A stretch of 64,000 nt of DNA from Naegleria gruberi (lineage: Eukaryota), in the NCBI GenBank assembly GCA_000004985.1, contig GG738933.1; one strand, 5' to 3'. The notes below the pieces were generated by a model. It was given only the letters and a program-made list of their open reading frames with translations. It was not told where the DNA came from and did not search any database. Each line of letters begins with the position of its first letter. Within the stretch, counting starts at the first letter, position 1. Position numbers and translations under genes: made by a program. This document shows, piece by piece, positions 10,494-21,486 of the stretch.

Positions 10494-11936
10494 ATGTTTT
10501 TTCAATTGATTAACAACTTGCCCATCTATGCAAAAAACTTCATTTCTCTAATGGGACGCTCAAACGTTCTTCCAATTGACTTGATGGTTCTTGTCAAGGA
10601 ATTTACAGAGGCACTCATTGTAACTATCTTCTATCCAGTTGTTACATTTGTTGGATTGTATCTCCAATTCATTAGATGGATTTGGGTCATGCTATTCAGA
10701 ATGACAGTTCCAGCTCCTCAACAATTGGCATCTGGCATTCAAATCAAATCATGTATCATTACTGGTATTGCATCCAATGAAGAAATGGGTAGCAATCTAT
10801 CCAACTCCAACACTGACAACACCATTGCCATGGCATACTCTTTGGCTAAGAGTTTGTGTTACAGTTGGATGAAAATCTTGGAACAAAACATTGGAGCCGA
10901 TCAGGAACATCGAATGATTACCTTGGTTGGACGTTCTGATGATTATTTGAGCGAGATGAGAGAAAGTTTGATTAAAGAGTTGGGAGAATCTTTCGTAAAG
11001 AATATTGAGATTCGTATTAAGGTTGGAGATGCTTCAGATGAAGACAAGATTAGAAAGATTGTTACTGAGTATGATTATGATTTGGTAATTGCTTGTCAAC
11101 CTTGTGGATTTGTAACCACTGCAGAAGAAGGAAAATCAAGACAACCTGTCAGAAGACGTGACATTAAGGGAACTTCTTTCAAGCAAGGTGAAGATAAGAA
11201 AGTTTCTCCTCGTCGTACTAACTCTACATCTTCATCATCCTCATCAACTGATCAAGATAGAGAAATTGACAATTCTTTCACCAATTTGACAATTATTGGA
11301 GAAGAAACCATTCGTCAACAATTCGCCAACATTATTCAACCAACTTTGAACACCATCTTGCCAGCAATTAAGCAAGCCAACGAAAGAGGAGTGATCAACT
11401 CACCAAAACATGTCGTTGTTGGTTTAGTTAATGAAGTAGATCCAACAGTTTCTAATCATTTCGTCAATGAATTTGCTCTCCAATTGCCAAGAGTTGTCTT
11501 TACACAAATTTCCTCATTGGTCAACCGTTCTCTCTCCACCGAAACTCTCTTTGGAAATCAAACTATTAGAAACCAAATCGTCGAAACTGACCTACCAACC
11601 AAATCTCAATTAGTTTTCCAAATGATTAATCCAATCACCAACATGACAGATAGGAGATTCAATCAATCTGTTTCCTCTACATATCAATTCTCCACCTCTG
11701 CATCAACTTCTTCAACCTCTCAAAATGGTAAAGATAAGAGATCTCTCACCAATCCAATTCTTCCTCAATTCTTGGATAGGATTCCATCTCAAATCTCCAA
11801 TCAAATTCTTAAGGAAATTTACAAGGGAATTGAAGTGATTGATGTTAATCTTCCAATTCGATATGCCTCCGAAAGATTCCTCTCCGTATTGCCTCATTCC
11901 ATTGGTCAATTCACAAGAACTATTTTTAATTTGTAA
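10494..11936 (+). CDS. hypothetical protein, 480 aa, N-terminal hydrophobic segment
   Basis: aaaaaaaATG start; long clean ORF; no recognisable domain. Confidence 0.55.
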   Translation: MFFQLINNLPIYAKNFISLMGRSNVLPIDLMVLVKEFTEALIVTIFYPVVTFVGLYLQFIRWIWVMLFRMTVPAPQQLASGIQIKSCIITGIASNEEMGSNLSNSNTDNTIAMAYSLAKSLCYSWMKILEQNIGADQEHRMITLVGRSDDYLSEMRESLIKELGESFVKNIEIRIKVGDASDEDKIRKIVTEYDYDLVIACQPCGFVTTAEEGKSRQPVRRRDIKGTSFKQGEDKKVSPRRTNSTSSSSSSTDQDREIDNSFTNLTIIGEETIRQQFANIIQPTLNTILPAIKQANERGVINSPKHVVVGLVNEVDPTVSNHFVNEFALQLPRVVFTQISSLVNRSLSTETLFGNQTIRNQIVETDLPTKSQLVFQMINPITNMTDRRFNQSVSSTYQFSTSASTSSTSQNGKDKRSLTNPILPQFLDRIPSQISNQILKEIYKGIEVIDVNLPIRYASERFLSVLPHSIGQFTRTIFNL

Positions 11937-12000
11937 TTTATATATAAAAAAAAATTTTGTAATTTCTAAATCCAAAAGCCTTAATAAGAAGTAAATGACC

Positions 12001-12020
12001 AAATCAAATCAAATCAAATC
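12001..12020. repeat. (AAATC)4 microsatellite
   Basis: aaatcaaatcaaatcaaatc read directly. Confidence 0.8.
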
Positions 12021-12119
12021 GCATTTTCGAGAAGGAGCAGAATCTTCTTGATAACTTCGATATGCGCGCGTTCACATTCAAATTGGTCTCTTGCGCTTAG
12101 ATTCCCTTAGTAAAAAAAA

Positions 12120-12773
12120 ATGCCACCAAAACAAAATCTCTCACGGATGGGATCTCGGCGAATCGATTCAAACAATAATCTTCAAATGCTATCTAATTTT
12201 AAACTTCCCTCAACGGCAACGCTTGGATCACTGCCCTCACAATATCATCAGAATAATCGATATGCTGTTTGCGATACTGATTCACAGTGTAGTGATGGAA
12301 TGAGCATTGCTAGCTCTGAGGAATCATCACCTGTTCCTACCCGACATTCATCACCTTCTAATAATGCAGCTGCAGCAGCCATGAGAAGTAAATATAATGC
12401 ATCACCTTTGCATAGTAGAACAGGAGGAGTATTGACCATGTCGATGAGTCCTTTGAATAATTTAAATAAGACTCCTCCACCTGGGATATTTATTGAGCAG
12501 AAATCATCAGCTGTCTTTTCAAAAACCAAGAACCTTAATACTAGTCCATCAAGCCCAAATACTTCTCCTCATAAGGATTTATCAAGTCCTTCCTTGTACT
12601 TTCAACGAAAACAATTATCACCCACACACCATCATCAGAGTCAGTATGTAAAGAAGGGATTGGAATTAGCCTCAGAGGTCTATCAAATAGCCCCAAAACG
12701 AAACCGCAGTTCAAAAACCAGACTCGTCACCAGAAGAACCTCCATGCAAAGCAGCACCCTAACTACAAAGTGA
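12120..12773 (+). CDS. hypothetical S/P/T-rich protein, 217 aa
   Basis: aaaaaaaaATG start; low-complexity ORF. Confidence 0.4.
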   Translation: MPPKQNLSRMGSRRIDSNNNLQMLSNFKLPSTATLGSLPSQYHQNNRYAVCDTDSQCSDGMSIASSEESSPVPTRHSSPSNNAAAAAMRSKYNASPLHSRTGGVLTMSMSPLNNLNKTPPPGIFIEQKSSAVFSKTKNLNTSPSSPNTSPHKDLSSPSLYFQRKQLSPTHHHQSQYVKKGLELASEVYQIAPKRNRSSKTRLVTRRTSMQSSTLTTK

Positions 12774-12964
12774 GTGTCCATGTGGAATGAGCTGTGATTT
12801 TGAGCTGAAGATATTGTTATTGTTGTGAAAAGTTCAAGAATGGGAACTATGAAAGAGCCTATTAAGTAAATTGCGGAGCGATAGAGGAGAAGATATTCTT
12901 AATAGATCCTGATGAATAAGATTTTCAGGAAATGCTAGAAATTGAGATCCAACTGTGAAATTTT

Positions 12965-13450
12965 TTAGTGTCTCTTTGAAGCACCACTGACTGTAAAATT
13001 TTCAATGACGTGATTGGTTTGTTTCTTAACAAAGGAAACAACAGTATCCATTGCCATCTTATTTCCCTTGACTTGTGGCAGTTGAGTGACATACAAGAGA
13101 TTGGCCTTGGTAGTGTTTTGTAAGAAACGATTCCATCCATAACCAATAATAGCATCTTCCACACGAGTAGCATGAGTAGGATCTGAATTATAACTCATTG
13201 GTTGATTTGGAACCATATAAACAATGGCAGTAACACTTTTAGTCGAAACTGCAGTATCATATACGAAAGTAGGAACATGAATTGGAGAAGCAGTCAAATC
13301 AGTAGCACCAGGGACTGCCAAATTATTATCACCATTAGAAATAAAGAATAAACTTTCACGATTATTCTTATTCAAAGGAATAATTAAATCTAAATTCATC
13401 ATTGAATTCTTGTTCTTTAATACAAGACAACCAATTAAAAGACGGTACAA
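12965..13450 (-). CDS. hypothetical protein; start uncertain (tool start is TTG; the first ATG-ATG is at 13403)
   Basis: open frame with a hydrophobic N-terminal stretch ILFLILYRLLIGCLVL; no domain recognised. Confidence 0.3.
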   Translation of the reverse strand: MYRLLIGCLVLKNKNSMMNLDLIIPLNKNNRESLFFISNGDNNLAVPGATDLTASPIHVPTFVYDTAVSTKSVTAIVYMVPNQPMSYNSDPTHATRVEDAIIGYGWNRFLQNTTKANLLYVTQLPQVKGNKMAMDTVVSFVKKQTNHVIENFTVSGASKRH

Positions 13451-13504
13451 GATAAGGAAAAGAATTTTAGCAAATCCACAAGTTCAATTGAAATAGGAAG
13501 ATGT

Positions 13505-14209
13505 TTAATTGCAAAGTGAAAGAGAATTATCATTTTGAGAACAAGCACCAATCTTACCAATTTGTTGACTATCAAAATTAGTGCATTGTGGACTTATATT
13601 ACGAGGAGCATACTTAATAGAGGAGAAATCAGTTGAGTTGCATCTATACATTTGTGTATATTCATACATGTCAAAGCAAGAGTCAGTTCTATAAGCAGAA
13701 GCACCAACTAACATGTCATTACCTGTTCTTCCACATTGATTATCCTTTGCATTCAAGTGGAGTTGATAATTCAATGTCCACAACAATTTAATTCCATACT
13801 TTTCTGAATTGACCACAAAATCAGGCAATTTACCACATCCATACATTTCATTGAGTGAATTACATTGATACAATTCGTAGCTACTATTGTCGACACAATC
13901 CTTGCAACCTTTCTTACATAAATTCTTAATGGTGGCTGTTTTAGAACTGCATTCATATTTGGCATAACCATATTCATAGCCAGTTCTTTCGAAACATGAT
14001 CCATTTAGTGGTTGTGATGGATTCAATGGTGAGATAATCTTATTTAAACCAATTGATTGAATAGTTTCTGGTTGACAAGTGGATGAACTGAATGAGATAG
14101 AGTAGAAGAAATCACCTTCTAGTTCTCTGATACGAGCACATGCACACATACATGCGCACAATAATAGAAATGCGAATGCAACTAATGTTCTCGGTTGAAT
14201 TGACTTCAT
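13505..14209 (-). CDS. secreted cysteine-rich protein, 234 aa
   Basis: N-terminal signal-peptide-like MKSIQPRTLVAFAFLLLCACMCACA; about 20 Cys spread through the mature part. Confidence 0.55.
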   Translation of the reverse strand: MKSIQPRTLVAFAFLLLCACMCACARIRELEGDFFYSISFSSSTCQPETIQSIGLNKIISPLNPSQPLNGSCFERTGYEYGYAKYECSSKTATIKNLCKKGCKDCVDNSSYELYQCNSLNEMYGCGKLPDFVVNSEKYGIKLLWTLNYQLHLNAKDNQCGRTGNDMLVGASAYRTDSCFDMYEYTQMYRCNSTDFSSIKYAPRNISPQCTNFDSQQIGKIGACSQNDNSLSLCN

Positions 14210-14393
14210 TTTTTTTGATGAGAGAATTAGTCCATTCGAAATCTATGGACTGTTTTTTTAGACCTGTTTTTTACTCCGTATGGGCTCCGAAACAATCTCC
14301 TGGAAGTAACTTACAATGAATTAATTAGTGTGAAAAAAGAAAGGATTCGGCATTCTGACCAATTTATTGCGCACCATCAATTTTGTTTACAAT

Positions 14394-15092
14394 TCATTCC
14401 ACCACTTTGTAAACTTCGAAATCTTCAACTAGGAAATTGAATCCTCCAAAATATTGTCTCTTTTCATCAGGGACAATATTATTAGGGAATTCATCATCAA
14501 ATACTTGATTAATCTCTCTCTGTGGTAATTTGCACTCTGGTAAAATGTAATCCTGGGTGGCATTGTGTGAACTAGAATAGGTAGATGTATTTGCATCACC
14601 ACACACCCAAAAGCAATAACCAAATGCAAACAAATACAATGAGCTATATCTGTACAATGCATGAATATTGTGGTCATGCATTAATCTGAAAATATACAAT
14701 GTGTTATCGTCAAATCTAAACGTAAATGATTCCTCATCCTTTACATTACTTCCTCTTTGATCAAGTTTCAAAGTTTCTTTCGTATATCCTCCAAATAAAT
14801 CTCCTCCTTTAGATTTAACAATAATTACAATTTTCCCCTGATCTTCGCAACGTTTACGAAATTCCACCTCTGAAAATCCATCCCTACTCGCTCTAAATAT
14901 TAATTTTGGACTTCGATGAGTCTTCAATTCTCCTCTAAATAATTGATAATATTGAGTGAAGGAAATCAATGGACTTTGAAATTTGGCATCATTCCGATAG
15001 AAATTAGTGAGTGAACGTGATCCGATGTGATGATCTAGCTTGATCACGACCGATTCTCCGATTGGTTCTTCGTAAAAGTTTGATTTTTGCAT
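14394..15092 (-). CDS. TLDc-domain protein, 232 aa
   Basis: LIFRASRDGFSEVEFRKRCEDQGKIVIIVKSKGGDLFGGYT matches the TLDc core pattern (RAS.DGFS...FH..CD..G.T..I..gg.iFGGY). Confidence 0.65.
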   Translation of the reverse strand: MQKSNFYEEPIGESVVIKLDHHIGSRSLTNFYRNDAKFQSPLISFTQYYQLFRGELKTHRSPKLIFRASRDGFSEVEFRKRCEDQGKIVIIVKSKGGDLFGGYTKETLKLDQRGSNVKDEESFTFRFDDNTLYIFRLMHDHNIHALYRYSSLYLFAFGYCFWVCGDANTSTYSSSHNATQDYILPECKLPQREINQVFDDEFPNNIVPDEKRQYFGGFNFLVEDFEVYKVVE

Positions 15093-15228
15093 TTTTTTTT
15101 TAAAATTGTAAAAAAACTAAAAATACAACAAGTTCAAATTTCATAATAATTTTACAAAAAAGTTCATTTATTGAATTTTTGTAAACTTTAGGGAAGATAG
15201 ATTGAATTTTTTAAATGATTTGTTTTAT

Positions 15229-17392
15229 TTAAGGATCTACGTTGGCAGATTTGAAAGAACCCAATAATGGAGATTCGACAAGTTTAGTTTCACTTAGTTT
15301 TCTTTCTAACATTCGAATTTTAGCTTGCATGTTTAGAATAGTTTTTCCACTTTCTCTATTTTCAACTGCCTTTCTCAAATCTTTAAGGAATGCAATTCTA
15401 AACTGTGCTGTCAGTGTCGAATTTGCAGATCCAACAAAAGTTGCAGATAATGGATCTTGAAGTTTCATATTTCTTACACGAATGTCAGCTCCCAAATCAA
15501 TTAGTTTCGTACAAATATCCTTTCTTCCAAGTTGTGAAGCTACATGAAGTGGCGTATCACTACTCAAATTCTTTTGATTCATCATGACATGAACATCCAT
15601 AGACGAATCTTCTGACATGTACGAAATGGCTATTTCCAACATTTCAACTCTTCCATAACCAGAAATCCAATGCAACATGTTATTCTTGTTCTTATCTCTC
15701 AAATTGGCAAGTTTTTGTCTATCAGAATAGAAATGATTCAAAATCCATTCGAATATTTGATCACAACCTTGTTTGTTTCCAATAGTTCTGATGGCAAACC
15801 AAATTGGTTCGTTCATGGTGATGGTTGTGTTGGTGGATGGGAAGGTTGGTTTGAAATCATAGTTGGAAATGAGTGATCCCAAAAAGTCTAATGTCTTTCG
15901 GCTAGTTTCTTGCTTGTCAGTACACAATAACATGCACAAGGTCAGTAAATTGTGAACTTCTTCCCGATCTTCCTTTGCTGCACACGATGTTGATGGACTT
16001 GAAACACCAAAACTTGAATCTAATCCATGTCTATTTCCAAATAAAGCCTTATTAACCATTGGATCAGATGCCTCAATTGAGCTACCATTGGAAGATGACA
16101 TTTTACAAGTGGCATTCATGTTAGCTCCTCGAGAAATCAAGAAGTGAGCAATATCAAAGTGACCTCTCAATATAGCCAAATGTAAAGCACTTGGAAAATC
16201 TCTACGTGATTGAGTTTCTGATTCTCTTGCTTCAACATCAACTTTGACTTCATCAATTAGATATTTGACAACATTGAATGCACCACCGAGAACTGCACTT
16301 GTCAATGGAGTATGATAATAATTATCCACATGAAGATTAACATCAATATTTGACTTTTCCAGCATTTTCTTGACGAGATGTAATCTGTTATATTTACAGG
16401 CATAGTTAATGAGAGAAACTCCTTGGTGGGTGATTCTGGCAAGTTGATCACCAGTGAGACCCATCTTGTCAAAGATGAAATCCATGCACTTGTCGTTTAA
16501 TTCTTGCTCCTTTTGGACAGTTTCGAATGATTTGGACGAAAGGGAATTATGAGGTGTACTTGTAATGATTAATTTGAACATTAACAAGTACATGTTCTTC
16601 TTACATCTTGGATCGAGATTTTCATGTTGGAGAGAAATGACACTAGATTCGTATTGAGTTTCGTATTCGTCTTGTAATCGAATAAGTTCTCTAAATAATT
16701 CTTCACTTTCATTGAAGAAACAGGCTGTGTGAATTGGTTGTAAACCTCTTGAATTGGTTCCAAAAAGGGATTTCTTGACAAGATCTTTGACTGATGGCAT
16801 TTCTTCTGATTTGAGAGTTTCTAATTTTTGTAAAGATTCGATTAATGATTTGAGGATTTTAGATTCTGCATTTGGAGTTTCACAAAGCAAGTGAACAATA
16901 TTACCATCATCAAGATAACTTGACAAGCCTTTGATCATTATTGGAAAACATGAATATTCTGTATAAATTTGCAAGTACTGATTATTCGAAAGGTAATACG
17001 AAAGTCCACTACAATCATTCTCATCAAAATAATCTCTCAGCCTCTCTGTCATCTTTTTGGTAACATATCTTTCATCCAAATTCAAAGCATACGAAGGATT
17101 AGTCTCCAAAAAAACATCAATCATCTGTTTGACAGTCTTATTAAACGAAAGGTTTGAATTCGGCAATTGTTCACCAGTTGTTGGATTAGTCTGACGTCTA
17201 ACTAACCATTCTTCAATAGCCTCTCTTTCAAAAGTATCACCAAGAGCAGTGACAACTGGATCACACATTATTCTTCTCGTAATTGGACAATATATCAAAT
17301 CTTTGATTGGATTCGAATCTGTTTGTTGCTGACCAAGTGATGGACTATTCATTCCTAAAGCAGGGCTGTTGCGATTTGACATTCTTTGTGTT
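15229..17392 (-). CDS. U-box E3 ligase-like protein with ankyrin repeats (about 720 aa from ATG 17392; the tool's upstream GTG start is rejected)
   Basis: U-box: IKDLIYCPITRRIMCDPVVTALGDTFEREAIEEWL. Ankyrin-like repeats: HLAILRGHFDIAHFLISRGANMN and TPLHVASQLGRKDICTKLIDLGADI. Confidence 0.75.
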
Positions 17393-17707
17393 GTTTTTTT
17401 TGTGTCGATTAATTTGATTAACAGCTGACAGTTCCTTACCACTCATTATTTATAACAAACACACAAACAGTTGCAGTTAGCATGAAAAACGCTCGATGAT
17501 GTGCTTGTGCAAACAAGTTTAAGTGGCAAGTAGAAAATGTGATGGAGAATTGAGAAGGTTGCCCTTTAAGGCAATAACAATTTTGGCGGGAAAGTTTGAT
17601 GTGAGGTGAAGTGTTTGCCTAGACAAAATGTATTGAGGTGCGTCGAGTTGTTTCTTGTTGATTTTAAAAGGCTTGTTAGAGGTGGGTATCTATCAGAAAT
17701 CAAAGAT

Positions 17708-17724
17708 GCGAATGAAAGAAAAAT
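17708..17724. repeat. 17-bp direct repeat gcgaatgaaagaaaaat (3'-side copy flanking the retroelement); candidate target-site duplication
   Basis: identical 17-mer also at 23137..23153. Extended similarity aaagNNgcgaatgaaagaaaaat on both sides. Confidence 0.55.
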
Positions 17725-17757
17725 CTTTTAATGCATTTTGGCGAATCTATTCAGATT

Positions 17758-20700
17758 CTATTTCTCACTTCGTTTGTAAATAGGTTTTGAATCAATTTGA
17801 TAAATAAGGAAGGCTCTTCCAATAAATTTGGAAATAGCAGCTTGGATCTCTGGCCATTTCTTTAAGACGTTATGGTTGGGGATCTTATCTATATATTCAT
17901 TCTCAAAAAAGGTTATGCCTGAGTGATGGAAATATAGCACATATGAGTATTGGAAAGGAATTTCTTGGATAGGGGAGAGTGAACACTCAGGTCTATCAAG
18001 TATTTCTGTTAATCTATTTTGACAATATCTTCTTTGATTGTCTAGTCTGGGGCATTCATGTATGTAATGTTCTAAATTTGAGGGACAATTACAATCTGAG
18101 CAGGTTGGATTCAATTCATCTTTCTTCTGTGTATATTTGATATGAGAATTTGAAGCGTTTCGCCAAATTTGATATTTGGTTTTAGGTGACAGTCGTGACT
18201 TGAGGTAGGCTACATTAATTGATGACCAGCTTTGGTTTGGAATAAAGTTGGGATTACTATCAATTGCTTCGTGCATCTCCTTAAGTTGGCGATTTACAGT
18301 CATTCTTTTGCAATCAAAGATCACAATATCGTTTTTCATAAGTAAATATTGGTTGGTTAGTAAGGATTTGATATCAAAGATCTTATCTCTTTCAGTTCCA
18401 TCTTTCGCAAGGCGATCTACTATTATATTTTCCTTATCTTCATGTCCTTTAACTTTGATTATATAAACTGAAATATTCTTTTCTTTTTGGATATTGAAAA
18501 ATTCAGTTTTGAAAGGGAGAAAGTTTCCTTTGTATTTTCTGGATAGGACATCTATTGCAACTTTGCTATCTGTGTGTATTCTAGCGGTTGTTCCATTTGG
18601 AAGTAGTTTCATTGCAGTGATAATTGCTCCTATTTCTGCAACATTGTTAGAGTATTCATTATTGATACGGAGTGAAAGGCTTTTACAAGGTGATAACCTT
18701 CCACCGGATTCATATATATTAATACCCATACCTGTTTTACCTGCAAGCTTGGATCCGTCTGTATGGATAATAAAGCATCTATTGGTTTCATTCACTTTCT
18801 TTAATCTGAATTTGGTATGATTCTTTTTGAAATCTAAATTATATTTCTGAAGTATTGACATCCATTGAATGAAAATGTTATTACTATTATCATTGGTATG
18901 ACTAATTCCAAATTTAAAAGCTTTCTGAACTAACTTGTTATTGGAATTTGCTATTAAGGAGAGAGTTCTTAAATTAAGTCTGTCTGTAAATTCTTCAATT
19001 GAGGGAACACCGAGTCCACCTTCTTCTAATGGTAGGTGGAAAAAAGCTGTTTTGGTGGTTCTGTCTAGTTTTAACTTTGTTCTGAGTACATTTCTAATGC
19101 AAATATCTATTCTTGATACCAGTGATGGAGGAATGACATTAAGTTTGGATAGATGTGTAAATAAACTAATCACTTTAGCATGAAGGACTTGTCTTAAATT
19201 ATGGGGTTGAAGTTTGAGTATTGGGAAATATTTCAGTGATTCATTGAATTTAGCTATCTTGCTTTCAATATCTTCTTTGACCAATTTATCTTCCCAAGGG
19301 TAGTGTCCGAGAACTCTAAGATTTTTCTGAATGGGAATTGGCACTTGTTTGATTTTTGGTATGATTTTGCTTTTTGTGGGAAGGAGAGTGGCAATTGACT
19401 TTTTTGCATTTAATTTGAAAAGCAATTGAGATAACCAGTCGTCGATGTTATCTAGTCTTCCATTATAATTTGTGAATCTGTCGCATACTATATTCATATC
19501 GTCAGCGAAACAACAAAGACCAATTTCGTTTGCATTCAATTCAGATGGTTCTATTGGTAGTTGCCATTGGTCTATTGCTTTGTCTATTATGAGTTGTGTA
19601 ATACAATCGTAAATAAGAGGTGCTAATGGGCAACCTTGAGGAATTCCTCGTGTTTTTGTGAAGTTATTTGATAGATGTTTGTCAATTTCTAATTGTAAAC
19701 TGTGATTGCTGTATGCATTAATTATAAAATCAGTTAGTGGTGTTGGGAATTTACAATGATTAAGGGCCATCCTAATAACCGGCATCTCCACTGCGTCGTA
19801 GGCACCTTCAATGTCAAGGTTGACTAATATAAATGTTCTTCGTCTAGTTTTCAAGGCCAGGGAGGAAAGTACTATTCCATGGTTCATTGTATTTCTATTA
19901 TTTATGAAGGCCTGTTGTCTCATATTAATCTGAGAGCTAGCCCATTCACATAATTTGTGGGCGATTAAATTAAAAAGGATTCTATAAAATATTGGTAGTA
20001 TTGTGATGGGTCTAATATCTCCTAATGTTTTAACTTCTCGCTTTGGAATCAGTTTAACCCAACCGTGTTTCCATTCTTGGGGGATATCTCCTTGTGTTAA
20101 ACATTTGTTAAACTCTTCAACTATTAAAGCTAATTTCTCTAATTTTAAGCCCTTGATGATATCTAATGAAATTTCGTCTTGTCCTGGTGTATTCGATTTC
20201 ATTCTTTTAATGGTTTCTTTTACATCTCTATATGAAATCCGACCTATATCTCTAGGACCTGAAGTGATAGTGGATGGACTTGGCATAAAGGTTGGTGTTT
20301 GATTGGAGGTTGTAAACTTTTTGGAAAAATAATCTAAAATTTCTTGTTCTCCAAATGGCAATTCTTTCCAGATAATTTCTTTAGAATGCAGTTTTCTATC
20401 AAATTGATACATGTGGGAGGCGTGACTATTGTTATATTTGTCAGTTAATTGTTCTTTGATTTCTTTACATGATTGGATGTGAGTCTCTTTAAGAATTGTT
20501 TGTAGTTCTGATATTTCATCAAGTCCAACATTTGGGTCTTCTAATTTACCCATAATCTTATTTTCTAATTTACGAATTTTACCTTTAAATATGGAGGAAA
20601 TAATGCTACCACCAAGTCTGTCAACTTTGGTTCCATATTTTGCAATGTTGTTTTGTATTTCTGCATTTAATTCTTGAAATGTATTGGCATTTGACGTATT

Positions 20701-21486
20701 TATCTCTTTGATCATTTCTTCTCTTTTCTTCTTACCAATATATGATCTCCAATTTAAATGTGATTTGAATTCAATATCAATGTAAAAAGGGATGTGATCA
20801 TTACTTGTGAGCGGTGGAAGGAGTTCTTCTTTGATAACCTTAATATCTTTAGACACGAAAATGTGGTCTAATCTTGAAGTGGTGATTCTATTCTGTTGTC
20901 TTCTAATGTAAGTCTTATTATTAGTCTTATATTCTGTTAGTTGGAGTAGATTAAATAGCCAGCACCATTCTTTATCTCTACCGTTTGAAGGATTAATGGT
21001 ATTGATATTAAGATCTCCATTAATTATGACATGTTCATCTCTACATGTCAGTACTGCATTTGTTATACTGTTCATGGCTTCAACATCATTTTCTTTATCA
21101 TCAACTCTTCCACTAAGATATGGAGTGAAAATATTAATTGGTATACCTTTGCTTTCGAATCGTGTCCATTGAAGAACACCTGGAATTAGATTGATATTAG
21201 TAATATTTCTCTTGTGAGGGTTGTTAAGGAAGTGCATAACAGCCGTCCCTTTTTTTCCTTTCGTTGTATTCATTAAGGAGTTAAATAATATATAGCCTGT
21301 TCCTGAATTTTTAACTTTATATTCTAGATCAGGAGTATTTAAATGAGTTTCGGTTAACGAAATCATGTGTATTTTATGATGAAGACACATTGATTTCACT
21401 TCTGGTGTAACCGATTTCTTACTAGCATGTTTATACAGGCCGTTTACATTGTAACACGCTAGTCGTAAATTACTATAATTACTCAT
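17758..21486 (-). CDS. retrotransposon ORF2: APE-type endonuclease, reverse transcriptase, RNase H and a C-terminal Cys/His motif, 1242 aa
   Basis: N-terminal LRLACYNVNG...ISLTETHL (EEP/APE). RT motifs including FADDMNIVCD. RNase H: IIHTDGSK...AEIGAI...HTDSK...KVKGHEDKENI..D.LAK. C-terminal CSDCNCPSNLEHYIHECP. Confidence 0.9.
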   Translation of the reverse strand: MSNYSNLRLACYNVNGLYKHASKKSVTPEVKSMCLHHKIHMISLTETHLNTPDLEYKVKNSGTGYILFNSLMNTTKGKKGTAVMHFLNNPHKRNITNINLIPGVLQWTRFESKGIPINIFTPYLSGRVDDKENDVEAMNSITNAVLTCRDEHVIINGDLNINTINPSNGRDKEWCWLFNLLQLTEYKTNNKTYIRRQQNRITTSRLDHIFVSKDIKVIKEELLPPLTSNDHIPFYIDIEFKSHLNWRSYIGKKKREEMIKEINTSNANTFQELNAEIQNNIAKYGTKVDRLGGSIISSIFKGKIRKLENKIMGKLEDPNVGLDEISELQTILKETHIQSCKEIKEQLTDKYNNSHASHMYQFDRKLHSKEIIWKELPFGEQEILDYFSKKFTTSNQTPTFMPSPSTITSGPRDIGRISYRDVKETIKRMKSNTPGQDEISLDIIKGLKLEKLALIVEEFNKCLTQGDIPQEWKHGWVKLIPKREVKTLGDIRPITILPIFYRILFNLIAHKLCEWASSQINMRQQAFINNRNTMNHGIVLSSLALKTRRRTFILVNLDIEGAYDAVEMPVIRMALNHCKFPTPLTDFIINAYSNHSLQLEIDKHLSNNFTKTRGIPQGCPLAPLIYDCITQLIIDKAIDQWQLPIEPSELNANEIGLCCFADDMNIVCDRFTNYNGRLDNIDDWLSQLLFKLNAKKSIATLLPTKSKIIPKIKQVPIPIQKNLRVLGHYPWEDKLVKEDIESKIAKFNESLKYFPILKLQPHNLRQVLHAKVISLFTHLSKLNVIPPSLVSRIDICIRNVLRTKLKLDRTTKTAFFHLPLEEGGLGVPSIEEFTDRLNLRTLSLIANSNNKLVQKAFKFGISHTNDNSNNIFIQWMSILQKYNLDFKKNHTKFRLKKVNETNRCFIIHTDGSKLAGKTGMGINIYESGGRLSPCKSLSLRINNEYSNNVAEIGAIITAMKLLPNGTTARIHTDSKVAIDVLSRKYKGNFLPFKTEFFNIQKEKNISVYIIKVKGHEDKENIIVDRLAKDGTERDKIFDIKSLLTNQYLLMKNDIVIFDCKRMTVNRQLKEMHEAIDSNPNFIPNQSWSSINVAYLKSRLSPKTKYQIWRNASNSHIKYTQKKDELNPTCSDCNCPSNLEHYIHECPRLDNQRRYCQNRLTEILDRPECSLSPIQEIPFQYSYVLYFHHSGITFFENEYIDKIPNHNVLKKWPEIQAAISKFIGRAFLIYQIDSKPIYKRSEK

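Noticed and set aside
15229-17442. Tool-predicted start at 17442 for the U-box/ankyrin gene (also 48247, 24817, 59600, 52282, 12965..13450)
   Set aside because: The codon there is GTG or TTG rendered as M. The first in-frame ATG with A/G at -3 (17392; 48189; 24871; 59706) is the more plausible start.
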